Assembly (NCBI GenBank): GCA_963736005.1
Contig: CAVTNB010000001.1
Location: 224,001-288,000 of the forward strand
Length of the DNA: 64,000 bases
Direction: 5' to 3'
Origin: an uncultured Pseudomonadota bacterium
GTDB taxonomy: Bacteria > Vulcanimicrobiota > Vulcanimicrobiia > Eremiobacterales > Eremiobacteraceae
Part shown: piece by piece, positions 8,069 to 17,990 of the stretch
Layout of the letters: every line of letters begins with the position of its first letter
How positions within the stretch are numbered: the first letter of the stretch is position 1
Translations under genes and position numbers: made by a program
Notes under the pieces: generated by a model
Database searches by the model: none
What the model was told of the DNA's origin: nothing
What the model saw: only the letters and a program-made list of their open reading frames with translations

Positions 8069-10072
8069 ATGCATCGGCATCTTCGGTTGACGTCGGCCTG
8101 GCTCGTATGGTGCGCCGTCGCATTCGCCGGTCTGGCTTCTCCGCAGCCCGGCCGAACCGCCGACAATCCGATCAAAGACGTCTCGTACGAAAAACGAGGC
8201 GGATCGTTTGAATTGTCGGTGGCAGCGGCAGGGCCGGTGACGACGAAAGTCAGCCGGTACTCGGTGGACGCGAAGAGCGACACCGTGGACCTGGTGGTGG
8301 ATGTGTCGCCCGCATCGTACGATGGCCAGACCAAGGTTATTGGGTTCTCAAGGGGTCAGCTGCAGCAGGTTCGTGTTGGGCAACTTTCGGCAACGCCAGC
8401 CGTCATGAGAATCGTGGTGGAGTCGTCTGGTTCGCCCCAATATGATCTGCAGCGCAGCGGGGACCACACGCTCAAACTCTCCGTGCCAACCAATCAGGTC
8501 GCGTTTGCCCTGCCCGCGCAAGCGGCCGCCACCGCGGCTCGCGAGGCAAAGACTCGACAGGATACGGCATTGAACGGGTCCGCTGCGCCCGCTACGGCGA
8601 GCGCCGGGTCCACATCCTCCGTGCACCAGGTGGTGGCTGCCACGCACGTGGTTTCGAAACCGGCTGCGAAGCCTGCGCCCCAAGCGCACGTCGCCGCGGT
8701 AACCCATCAAGTGGTCGCGAAGGCATCCGTTCCTGCTTCAAAGCCTGCTGTTGCTCCGGTCGTCGTCGCCGAGGCGACGCCGAACCCGTGGCTGCCGGGT
8801 GGGAAGTTCTACTGTAAGATTCCAAGCAAACGTGGCGCTGCCGCGGGTACGATGGCGTCACACGAAGCAGTCAGCCACGCTGCGATGGCTCCACCCGGGC
8901 CGCCGGCGGGGATGATGGACATGAGCGGACGCAACGTCAATCTTGACGTGAAGAACGCGGACATCCTGGACGTCCTCAAGCTGCTGGCAAACGAGAGTGG
9001 CCAGAACATCGTCGCAACGCAAAACGTCCATGGTACAGTGACGCTCTCGTTGCACGACGTGCCTCTCAGCACGGCGCTCGATCTCATCGTGCGGACCAAC
9101 GGCCTCGACTATCGCAAGATGGGCAACATCTACGTCGTGGGGACGACGGCCGATCTCAATTCAGAGTTCGGAACGGCGGGCCAGATGGCAACCCAAACGG
9201 TCGCCTTCCCGATCAAGTACGCGAACCCGTCAGACCTTGGGAAACAACTTGCCGGTGTGATTCCGCCGACGTCGTTCACGATCGATCCGCGGACGGATAC
9301 CGTGATCGTGAGCGGAACGCCAGACATCATTCAATCGGCTCGCAACTTCCTGGCACTGGCTGACGTTCCGGCGCCGCAGGTGGTCTTCGAGGTGAAAGTT
9401 CTCGACGTCACCCACGACGGCAATCTCAACGTGGGCGCCCAGTGGGTTGGAACCTCACCGTTCGACCTGTTTGAGAATTGCATCGCGTGCCCACCCGGCG
9501 GCATTACGGTGCCCGAGACGACGATTAGCGGCAACTCGATTGCGCCGCAACCGTTTACTCGGAACCCGCTCTTCATTCAGGGCCAGCTCAACTACCTGAT
9601 CTCGCACAACGATGCGAAGGTGCTCGCCAATCCGCGCGTGGCCGCACTTGACAACCAGCAGGCCAGCCTGCTCGTTGGTCAGACGTATCCGCTGGTCTAC
9701 TACGATCCGCGCTCGGGCCAATTCCAGGCGCAATATATCGACATTGGTGTCAAGATCATCATCACGCCCGTCGTGAATACGGATGGCTACATTACGACGA
9801 CCATGCACGTCGAGCGCAGTTCGATTGTTGGTCTCGTGCAGCAGTTCCCAATTCTCGACAATCGGAAAGCCGACTCGATCCTCCGGGTGAAGGATGGCGA
9901 CACGATCGTGCTTGGTGGTCTGCTCGACGACGAGTCCACGGTGAGCGTCAGTAAGGTGCCGCTCTTGGGTGACATCCCGATCCTTGGCGCGTTCTTCAAG
10001 AACGTCCAAAAGACTACGACCCATCAAGAAGTGGTGTTCTTGATTACGCCGCACATCATCGCCGGACAATAG
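8069..10072 (+). CDS. pilQ: Type IV pilus secretin with AMIN-like N-terminus
   Basis: N0/N1 domains; secretin signature KVPLLGDIPILGAFFK...VFLITPHI. Confidence 0.93.
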   Translation: MHRHLRLTSAWLVWCAVAFAGLASPQPGRTADNPIKDVSYEKRGGSFELSVAAAGPVTTKVSRYSVDAKSDTVDLVVDVSPASYDGQTKVIGFSRGQLQQVRVGQLSATPAVMRIVVESSGSPQYDLQRSGDHTLKLSVPTNQVAFALPAQAAATAAREAKTRQDTALNGSAAPATASAGSTSSVHQVVAATHVVSKPAAKPAPQAHVAAVTHQVVAKASVPASKPAVAPVVVAEATPNPWLPGGKFYCKIPSKRGAAAGTMASHEAVSHAAMAPPGPPAGMMDMSGRNVNLDVKNADILDVLKLLANESGQNIVATQNVHGTVTLSLHDVPLSTALDLIVRTNGLDYRKMGNIYVVGTTADLNSEFGTAGQMATQTVAFPIKYANPSDLGKQLAGVIPPTSFTIDPRTDTVIVSGTPDIIQSARNFLALADVPAPQVVFEVKVLDVTHDGNLNVGAQWVGTSPFDLFENCIACPPGGITVPETTISGNSIAPQPFTRNPLFIQGQLNYLISHNDAKVLANPRVAALDNQQASLLVGQTYPLVYYDPRSGQFQAQYIDIGVKIIITPVVNTDGYITTTMHVERSSIVGLVQQFPILDNRKADSILRVKDGDTIVLGGLLDDESTVSVSKVPLLGDIPILGAFFKNVQKTTTHQEVVFLITPHIIAGQ

Positions 10073-10092
10073 CGCCGGCACCGCAACCGGAG

Positions 10093-10126
10093 GAGCCGCG
10101 GGGCTTAAAGAGCCCGCGGCTCTTTT
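10093..10126 (+). terminator. Intrinsic terminator after pilQ
   Basis: gagccgcggg...cccgcggctc followed by tttt. Confidence 0.75.
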
Positions 10127-10195
10127 CTTGCGCGGGCGCGCCACGCGCATCTGCTCGACAAGGGCGAACTCGCCTTGCGCGCAAACGTCGCGCTC

Positions 10196-11350
10196 ATGAT
10201 TCGATACATAACTGCCGGAGAGTCCCACGGGCCGGCCCTTGTGGGCATCATCGATGGTTTGCCCGCCGGATTGCAGCTTGACCTGTCCAGTGTGAATGGT
10301 GCGCTTTCGGCCCGGCAAGGCGGGCACGGTCGCGGTGGGCGGATGAAAATTGAAAAGGACGAAGTCGAGGTGCTCGCGGGCCTGCGCGGCGGAGTCACCC
10401 TGGGTTCGCCGCTCGCCCTGGTCATTCGGAACCGAGACTTTGAAAACGTGCGGGAACTCATGGATCCGCTGCGCGGGCAGGGCGATCCGATCACCCGCCC
10501 GCGTCCCGGACACGCCGATTACGCCGGCGCGCTCAAATATCGCCACCGCGACTTGCGCAACGTGCTCGAGCGCGCGAGCGCGAGGGAAACGGCCATGCGC
10601 GTGGCGCTCGGCGAGGTAGCGCGCCAGTACCTCAGAGTGTTCGGCGTCACAGTGCGCGGGCATGTCATACAAATCGGAGACGTCGTCGCCAAGAACCCAA
10701 GAACGCTGCCCGATATTCAGTATATAGCAGCATCAGCGGTACGCTGCGCCGATCCGGAAGCGGAGGCGCATATGGTGCGCCGCATTGATGAAGCGAAGGC
10801 TGCGGGCGATACGCTCGGCGGCGCATTCGAAGTTCGCGTGAGCGGCATGCCGGTGGGTATCGGAAGCAATCGGCAGCCGGGCGATCGTCTCGATGCGCTC
10901 CTAGCCGCAGCCTTGATGAGCATTCAGACGGTCAAGGCGGTTGAAGTGGGGGAAGGCATCAGTTCCAAAAGCTTCGTCGGGAGCCGATCGCACGATACAT
11001 TCGAAGTGCAAGATGGCGCCGTTGGGCGTGGCAGCAATCGAGCCGGCGGCATCGAGGGCGGCTTGTCAAATGGCCAAGATATCGCTATTGCAGCAAGACT
11101 GAAGCCGCTGGCAACCCTGATGAAGCCCCTCGAATCGGTCGACCTGGCGCAACAAAAGCGGGCGCCCGCGGCTGTCGTGCGCAGCGATGTGTGCGCCGTA
11201 CCGGCAGCATCGATCATCGGAGAAGCGATGGTCTGTTTGACGTTAGCGCCACTGTTTGCGGAAAAATACGGCGGGGATTCGGTCGCGGAAGTCAGGGAAC
11301 ATTTTACCTCCTCACAACGCGGCGCAGCGACGCTGTTTGAGAAGCAGTAG
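10196..11350 (+). CDS. aroC: Chorismate synthase
   Basis: TAGESHG, RPRPGHAD, RASARET, RSDVC motifs. Confidence 0.96.
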   Translation: MIRYITAGESHGPALVGIIDGLPAGLQLDLSSVNGALSARQGGHGRGGRMKIEKDEVEVLAGLRGGVTLGSPLALVIRNRDFENVRELMDPLRGQGDPITRPRPGHADYAGALKYRHRDLRNVLERASARETAMRVALGEVARQYLRVFGVTVRGHVIQIGDVVAKNPRTLPDIQYIAASAVRCADPEAEAHMVRRIDEAKAAGDTLGGAFEVRVSGMPVGIGSNRQPGDRLDALLAAALMSIQTVKAVEVGEGISSKSFVGSRSHDTFEVQDGAVGRGSNRAGGIEGGLSNGQDIAIAARLKPLATLMKPLESVDLAQQKRAPAAVVRSDVCAVPAASIIGEAMVCLTLAPLFAEKYGGDSVAEVREHFTSSQRGAATLFEKQ

Positions 11351-11355
11351 AGACC

Positions 11356-14300
11356 ATGGCGGCGGGTGCACGCAGCGGCGAAGGCAAAAGCGAAGGCGCA
11401 GTGCAGCAACGCGTGAGCAGCGTGTTGGCCCAGGCCCGTCAGCATCTTATCCGCAACAACGCAAAAGCGGCCACCGCATTGCTCAAAGACATTGCGGATA
11501 TGCCCGACTGCCCGGTCGACCTGCGCCTGGACGCAGCGAAAATGCTCGGTACGGCGGGAGCGAGTGCAGAAGCCGCGCTGTGCTACCTCAATGCTGGGCT
11601 TGCGCTCTTGTACGACCAGGGCGACATGACGCGCGCCCGGCAAGCGTTCGCAAGCGCCCATAATCTCGATCCCCAAAATCTTGACGTTATCTTCCACCTC
11701 GGTCAAGCAGACGTGGTTGAGGGACGCACGCAAGATGGCCTTGCCAAGTTTATTGATGTGCTGCGCAAATCGAACCTCAAACACACGCCGGCACTCTTTG
11801 AGGCAGGCTGCATTTACCAGGCGAACGGGCAGTACGACCAAGCGATTCTTGCTTTTAAGAAAGTCCTGGATCGGGAGAAAACCCACATCCAAGCGATCGT
11901 GCATATGGGTCAACTGCACCAGATTAAGGGCATGATCCCAGAAGCGATCGGCTACTATCTGCAAGCGGGGCAGATTACAAGAGACGCGCAACAATTTGGT
12001 ACCACCCGACAGATCGTGAACATGGTCCTCGCCATCGACAGCAACAACGCACGCGCTCGCAGCATGCTTGCCGACTTGGACACCAAAGGCGATGAAGAGG
12101 AAGGCGACTCCGAAACGTCCGCGCAGGCAGCCGTTCCAGAACCAATCCCTGTCGACGTCGTTCCAATAGAAGAGAAGCCCAAGCCGCAGAGCGCTGTCTT
12201 GACTCCAACGCCCGTCGTCCCCGCACCGCCCGAGCCGGATGGTGAAGAGAGCGTCGCGCGCGACGAGCTCGCAAAGATCGCACAGGCGCGGGAATCGGCA
12301 GCCGCTGAGCTTGCCAAACTGCGGGAAGAAATTGCAAAGGCGCAGCGCGAGCAGAAGTTGGTTGCAGCGCAAACGGATCAGGCGACTCGTGCCGCGCACG
12401 AGGAGCGCGCGGCGCTGGAGCGTGAGGCGCAAGAGGAAATCGCCGCTGCGCGCGCCGCGGCGGAGCGAGATCTGGAAGAGGTTCGCACGCGTCTTGCGCA
12501 AGCACAGGCCGAGGCGCAAGAGGCTGCTCAGACTCGCGAGGCGATCGAGCGAGCCACAGCCGAACTCGACGCGAAGCTTACCCAACTGCAAAGCGAAGTG
12601 GAAACGGTTGAGCAGCGCAAGACTGCGGCGCAGAGCAAGAGCGTTGCGTCGGTCAGAGAGCTCGAGCAAAAGGCGAAAGCGCTGCACGCGGAGGTTGCGC
12701 AAGAAGAGAAACGCCTTGAGGAAGCGCGGTTACAGGCCGCCGAGATTCAAACGAATGCGGCGAAAGCGCAAACGGCGCACGATGCCGCCATGTTGGAGCT
12801 TGCGGCACGCCGCCAGCGGGCACAAGCCGATCTCGACAAACTCCAAAATGCAGCTGTCGAAACGGCGCGGACAAAAGATGCCGAGCGAACCCGAGCGGAA
12901 CTCTCAGTTGCCGAGCTCGATACGAAGGCCGCTCAGCTGCGCAAAGACCTTGCAGCCGCCGACGCGCGGCGCAAAGAGGCCGACGCGAAGGCGAGCACCG
13001 CCGAGAAGACGCTTCAACAACTCGAAGCGCGCGTGGCCGAGGCGAAAGCCAAGGGCGAGACGGCGACGGCAGACCTGCGAGATATCGTCGAGCAAAGCCG
13101 CACGGCGCAACAAACTTCAACCGATCTGTCCTCCCGGCTTGCAGATTTGCAGGCCGCGATCGACGCGGCCGAGAGCAAGAAACGAGTGCTCGAAGACTCG
13201 ATCGGAAAAGTGAAGCCCTTGGCTGCAGCCGCGGAGAAGCGACGCTCCGAAGCGGAAGCTATCGCGAACGCGGCCGAGAAGGCCCGCGAGAAACGAGAAG
13301 CAGAGCTCGGAGCGCTCGAAGCGAAAAAGCGTGAGTTTGAAGAGTCGTTTGCGAAGACGAAATCACTCATAACGGCAGCGGAGCGCAAGCGCGTCGAAGC
13401 CGATGCGGCAGCAGAGCAAGCGGAAGCGCTGCGAGCAAAGCGCGAAGCAGATGCGGAAGCGTTGGCGAGCCGCATCGCGGTGCTTGAAGGATCGCTGCGC
13501 GACGCGGATGCGCTGGCGAAAACGACTGCGGCCGAGGGTGCCGCGCTTGTGGAACTTTCCGCGAAGGTGAACGAGCAGCGCGCGACCGTCCTCGAGCTCG
13601 AAGGCAGAAAGGCACAAAGCGAGCGCGAGCTTGCGCAACTCGCCGGGGATCTCGAATCGACGCGGAAGGCGGTTGAAGATGCCCAGGGTGCGCTCGCGGC
13701 GCAGGTGCAGAACCACAAGGAGAGCCCGGAAATCGACGCAGAGGCAACGGCCGCAATCGTGCCAGCCGAGTCCTGCGTTGAGTCCCTGCGAACGATTGAA
13801 GCGCTCGCGGCCGACGGAGCCTTGTCGATCGAAATGGCAACCGAGCTTGCGAGCCTCATACACGAGGGCCGTGCCCCGCAGGCGCTTCGGGAAACGCGCA
13901 AGCGAGCGAATTTAGAAGCTGCGCCTGGTCCGTATTTGCTCGTCGGCGGCGATTTAGCTCGCGATCTTGGGGATATCGCAGCTGCGCGCGAGGCATATAA
14001 GACGCTGGCCGTTGCCGATCCGAGCAGCGCGCCTGTAGCTCAGTCTCGCATGGGTGATCTGTTCTTGGCGTTTGCGCAACTCAGTACTACAGCCGCTCTT
14101 GCTCGGGATGACGCACATTTTGCAGCCGTTGCCGACCCGCAGAAGGCGATCGAAACGTATGCGGAGCTCGTCGCGCGCTTCCCAGACGACCCAACGTTCC
14201 GCGAAGAACTCGGGGCGCTCCACGAACAACTTGGGAACCACACCGCTGCAGCGCTCGCCTACACCCAGGCACTTGTGGACTACCTCGGCAGCGACGATGT

Positions 14301-15528
14301 CGCGCACGCTGCCGAACTCGCGCCAAAATTAATCGCTATCCAGCCTGATGACGGATCCGTGCACGAGCTTGCGTCGAAAGCCTATGAACGGGCTGGTCGG
14401 CGCACGGAAGCGAAGAGCGAGCTGGATGCTGCCTTGCGCTGTTACCACGCAGCGTCTGCTGCCTCAGAGGTGGAGCGCGTCTGTCGCAGGCTTGCTGAGA
14501 TCGCCGAAGATCCCGTTCCCTACCGGCGCGAGCTTGCGACCTTACTGCATGATGCGGGTGACAGCTCGGGCGCGGCGGAGCAGCTCCTTGAAGGTGCGGA
14601 AACGCTCATCACGTGGTCCCGTGGCTCGGACGCTGCCGAGTTGCTGAAACAGGCAGAGCCCATGGCCTCGCACGACGAGATGCTTCGCGAGCGTTTGACA
14701 TCGTTGCGGGCCAAAGCGGCCGACGTGCAGCGCTCGGTCGACGACGTCGCCCGCGGCGACTTGCTCGTCGGCAAGGGTGACTATCAGCGCGCAACCCAGG
14801 CGTATCGCCAAGCGTTGGAAGAAAACCCGCACGACGCACGCGCAGGGTACCAGTTGGCGTGCTTGCTGATGGATCACACGAAGGAATACGAGACCGCCGA
14901 ACGGCTTTTGGAAAATGCCTCGGAGCTGCGGCCTCACCACGCTGCCACTCGCTATCGGCTCGCGCTCGTCAAGGCTGCGCGCGGGCAGGTTGCGCAAGCC
15001 GTGGAATTGCTCATTGCGATGGCGCGCTTTGACGAATCCAATGCGGACTTCATCGAACAGTTTGCCGAACGCTTAGAAAAGGACGCCGAGGGCGGGGACG
15101 TCGCCGCCAAGTACAGACTGGGTATCGCCTATCGCGAGCTCGGGCGGGTCGACGAAGCGCTTGTCATTTTGCAATCAATTCAGCGCGAAAGCGATTATGT
15201 TGTGCTGTGCCATAACGCAATTGGCTTGTGCCTGCGCCGTCAAGGATTGGACACCGCAGCGGCCAAGCGCTTCAGCAAGGCGATCGAGACGCCCGGCTAT
15301 CCAGAGTTTCAATACCATGAGGCGCTGTACAACTTGGGCGAGCTCTACGAAGCAAAGGACACGCCCGAATCCTTGGCCCTAGCGCTCTCTTCCTTTGAAG
15401 AGCTGTACGCCAGCGACTGTACGTTCAAAGACGTCGGCGATCGCATCAAGTCCGTCAAGGCGCGGATGGGTGCGGCGGAGCGTCCGAAAGTTAAACGGCT
15501 TCCAACACGCACGCTCGAGCGCGGCTAG
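11356..15528 (+). CDS. 1390-aa protein: N-terminal TPRs, long coiled coil, C-terminal TPRs
   Basis: TPR consensus repeats at both ends; roughly 500 aa of A/E/K/R-rich heptads in the middle. Confidence 0.85.
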   Translation: MAAGARSGEGKSEGAVQQRVSSVLAQARQHLIRNNAKAATALLKDIADMPDCPVDLRLDAAKMLGTAGASAEAALCYLNAGLALLYDQGDMTRARQAFASAHNLDPQNLDVIFHLGQADVVEGRTQDGLAKFIDVLRKSNLKHTPALFEAGCIYQANGQYDQAILAFKKVLDREKTHIQAIVHMGQLHQIKGMIPEAIGYYLQAGQITRDAQQFGTTRQIVNMVLAIDSNNARARSMLADLDTKGDEEEGDSETSAQAAVPEPIPVDVVPIEEKPKPQSAVLTPTPVVPAPPEPDGEESVARDELAKIAQARESAAAELAKLREEIAKAQREQKLVAAQTDQATRAAHEERAALEREAQEEIAAARAAAERDLEEVRTRLAQAQAEAQEAAQTREAIERATAELDAKLTQLQSEVETVEQRKTAAQSKSVASVRELEQKAKALHAEVAQEEKRLEEARLQAAEIQTNAAKAQTAHDAAMLELAARRQRAQADLDKLQNAAVETARTKDAERTRAELSVAELDTKAAQLRKDLAAADARRKEADAKASTAEKTLQQLEARVAEAKAKGETATADLRDIVEQSRTAQQTSTDLSSRLADLQAAIDAAESKKRVLEDSIGKVKPLAAAAEKRRSEAEAIANAAEKAREKREAELGALEAKKREFEESFAKTKSLITAAERKRVEADAAAEQAEALRAKREADAEALASRIAVLEGSLRDADALAKTTAAEGAALVELSAKVNEQRATVLELEGRKAQSERELAQLAGDLESTRKAVEDAQGALAAQVQNHKESPEIDAEATAAIVPAESCVESLRTIEALAADGALSIEMATELASLIHEGRAPQALRETRKRANLEAAPGPYLLVGGDLARDLGDIAAAREAYKTLAVADPSSAPVAQSRMGDLFLAFAQLSTTAALARDDAHFAAVADPQKAIETYAELVARFPDDPTFREELGALHEQLGNHTAAALAYTQALVDYLGSDDVAHAAELAPKLIAIQPDDGSVHELASKAYERAGRRTEAKSELDAALRCYHAASAASEVERVCRRLAEIAEDPVPYRRELATLLHDAGDSSGAAEQLLEGAETLITWSRGSDAAELLKQAEPMASHDEMLRERLTSLRAKAADVQRSVDDVARGDLLVGKGDYQRATQAYRQALEENPHDARAGYQLACLLMDHTKEYETAERLLENASELRPHHAATRYRLALVKAARGQVAQAVELLIAMARFDESNADFIEQFAERLEKDAEGGDVAAKYRLGIAYRELGRVDEALVILQSIQRESDYVVLCHNAIGLCLRRQGLDTAAAKRFSKAIETPGYPEFQYHEALYNLGELYEAKDTPESLALALSSFEELYASDCTFKDVGDRIKSVKARMGAAERPKVKRLPTRTLERG

Positions 15529-15661
15529 CATGGAGCAGCGTGAGAGTGTCCTGGCTAAGGGAACGCCCCTTTTTAGCCGATGATATCATCGGGGAGTCTC
15601 TTGCCGTCCCCGGCTTTGTTTTTTGTGAAATGTGGGGCGTTGACAGCGCTTGAGCTCATGG

Positions 15662-16306
15662 ATGGCGTCGCGTAACAGCTTCGACCCCGGAGGACACGGC
15701 ACGCACGGCGTTCGAGCTCGTGGGGCCGCTGGCTACCACCGCCGCTCAAATCCACTGCAATTTGCGGTGACGATGGTCTTGCTGGCCTCTCTGTTGCTCC
15801 TTGCGATGGCCGCCATAACGCGCTTTACCGTTGGCGAACCAATTCTGCCGAAGTGGCTGGCGCAAGCCATCCACCGTCCCCAGCCTGCACTCCCGCCCGG
15901 CATGACGTACGATTTCGAAATCGTCAATCCCGATACGAAGCGCCCGATGGACGTGCTGCCGGAAGTTGGGGTCATTGAAATGCGGCTCGCCGTGACTAAC
16001 GACTCGGCCTTGCCAATGACGATACGATTCAAGAGCGGCTCGCAGTGCGAGTTTGTGGTGCGCAAGGTTATCTATTACGTCGACGGGTTGTTTGCGCTTC
16101 CGATCGAAGTTTGGCGATCGAGCTACTTCCATAATGTCTCTCCTAAACCCAGTGCACTTGCGCTGCAGCCTGGTGAAACGAAAGTGTACAGCGCCACCTT
16201 TGACCTAAACGCCCTCAATGCCCGACAGGTACCGGCCGGAACCTATCGAGTGATTGCCATATTCGATAAATGGGAAACCTCGATCGCGATCGATAAGCCA
16301 CTGTAG
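15662..16306 (+). CDS. Membrane-anchored Ig-like protein (BsuPI-like domain)
   Basis: One TM, then F.SG.Q.EFVV...VWRSS...L.PGETK.Y pattern. Confidence 0.55.
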   Translation: MASRNSFDPGGHGTHGVRARGAAGYHRRSNPLQFAVTMVLLASLLLLAMAAITRFTVGEPILPKWLAQAIHRPQPALPPGMTYDFEIVNPDTKRPMDVLPEVGVIEMRLAVTNDSALPMTIRFKSGSQCEFVVRKVIYYVDGLFALPIEVWRSSYFHNVSPKPSALALQPGETKVYSATFDLNALNARQVPAGTYRVIAIFDKWETSIAIDKPL

Positions 16307-16379
16307 CACGCAACCCTATTTTGGGCTCCTCGTCCCCGAAGCGGCATGAGCGTGCCAGACCTGGCAGAACATAGCCCTC

Positions 16380-16904
16380 ATGAATGTGGTGCTCACGGGC
16401 TTCATGGGCGCAGGAAAGACAAGCACTGGCAAACGGCTGGCAAAGCTGCTCGGGGTTCCGTTTGTCGATACGGACGCGGAGATCGAACGCCGCAATGGCC
16501 CCATCGCGCAGATTTTTGCTTCAGAAGGTGAAGCCGCGTTTCGCCGCCTCGAGTCCGCGGTCATAGCGGAAACGAGTGGCGCTGGTCCCGCCGTGATCGC
16601 AGTGGGTGGAGGAGCGGTGGTCGACCCTCGCAACCGCGCGCTGCTGCGTCGCTCTTCCTATATAGTCTACTTATCCATATCAGCTCGAGCAGCTCACAGA
16701 CGGGTGTCACGACGCCAGCATAGGCCGCTTTTGGGCGCGACTCCAGATATCGAAACCGTGACCGCCTTGCTTGCCGCGCGCGAGCAGGCCTACGCTGATT
16801 GCGACCTTGCCATAAGGGTGGATCGTCGCAGCGCGCGAGAAGCGGCCGAGATCATCGCTCGCTGGTACGGCGACAAGCAGGCAAGCGAGGCGACGAGCCG
16901 GTGA
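16380..16904 (+). CDS. aroK: Shikimate kinase
   Basis: GFMGAGKT, GEAAFRRLE, GGG, RPLL. Confidence 0.95.
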   Translation: MNVVLTGFMGAGKTSTGKRLAKLLGVPFVDTDAEIERRNGPIAQIFASEGEAAFRRLESAVIAETSGAGPAVIAVGGGAVVDPRNRALLRRSSYIVYLSISARAAHRRVSRRQHRPLLGATPDIETVTALLAAREQAYADCDLAIRVDRRSAREAAEIIARWYGDKQASEATSR

Positions 16905-17980
16905 GGATCGTTGTCGACGGGTTGACCTACCCGATCATCGTTTCGACGAGTGGTGCGAGCGAGGCCGCAGAGATCGTCTCGCAGCGGAAAGGGCGCGCGT
17001 TCCTCGTGGCAGATAAAGCCGTGGCTGATCGCGCTCGGCTCGTCGCGCAGGCGCTGGCCGCGGTGGGGTGCGAGGTGTGCGGCGAACACGTCATGGCCGC
17101 CGGCGAGCGGCATAAGCGCTGGGCCTCGGTGGCCGCACTCCACGAGCGCATGCTCGAGGCGGGAGCAGAGCGCGATTGTGCTCTGGTTGCCGTTGGGGGC
17201 GGCACCCTGACGGACGTCGCAGGCTTCGCGGCCGCGACGTATCTGCGCGGTGTGCGCTGGGTTCCCGTGGCAACAACCCTCCTGGGGATGGTCGACGCTG
17301 CGATCGGGGGGAAGACCGGTGTGAACTTTTCCCAAGGGAAAAATCTCATCGGCGCGATGTGGCAACCTACAGCCGTCATAGCGGATCTTGGCGCGCTGGG
17401 CACCGTGCCAAAGGCATCGCTGCGAGACGGGATCGCCGAGATCATGAAGGCCGCGATTATTGGAGATCCGTCATTGCTCGAACGGGTGGAGCGCAGTACC
17501 AGCGACATGGACGATGCGGCATGGGCCCCGCTCGTTGCGGCCGCGGCATCGGTGAAGGTTCGCATCGTCGCCTCCGATCCAAATGACCGAGCGCAAAGAG
17601 CAGCACTCAACTTGGGTCACACGTTTGCCCACGCGTTCGAGCATGCGTCGCGGTATCGGCTTTCGCATGGGGCCGCCGTGGCTTTAGGATTGCGCGCGGC
17701 AGGCATGCTTGCGCGCGGTCGAACTGCGTGGAGCCAGCGCGACCAGCGCCGGGTCACAGACGCACTGAGGCGTTTTGGAATCAAGGTGCGGCTGTTCGGC
17801 CTGTCTTCGGACGCGATCATCGCCGCCATGAAAATGGACAAAAAACGCAGCGGTGGGGCGTCTCGGTTCGTTCTCCCCGTTCGCTTGGGTGAGGTAGCAA
17901 CCGGCGTCGAAGTGTCAGACGATGAAGTCCGCAGCGTCCTTGACGAACTCTCCAAAGCTCCGCTCCGACGCGGCTGGTGA
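16901..17980 (+). CDS. aroB: 3-dehydroquinate synthase
   Basis: GGG...D, TTLL.MVDAAIGGKTG, KN.IG, LNLGHTFAHA.E, HG.AV; GTG start overlaps the aroK stop. Confidence 0.95.
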   Translation: MRIVVDGLTYPIIVSTSGASEAAEIVSQRKGRAFLVADKAVADRARLVAQALAAVGCEVCGEHVMAAGERHKRWASVAALHERMLEAGAERDCALVAVGGGTLTDVAGFAAATYLRGVRWVPVATTLLGMVDAAIGGKTGVNFSQGKNLIGAMWQPTAVIADLGALGTVPKASLRDGIAEIMKAAIIGDPSLLERVERSTSDMDDAAWAPLVAAAASVKVRIVASDPNDRAQRAALNLGHTFAHAFEHASRYRLSHGAAVALGLRAAGMLARGRTAWSQRDQRRVTDALRRFGIKVRLFGLSSDAIIAAMKMDKKRSGGASRFVLPVRLGEVATGVEVSDDEVRSVLDELSKAPLRRGW

Positions 17981-17990
17981 GCATGCCCCT

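Noticed and set aside
9455..12702. Long minus-strand ORFs (405 and 592 aa)
   Set aside because: They are antisense to pilQ, aroC and the TPR gene, as expected in high-GC DNA.
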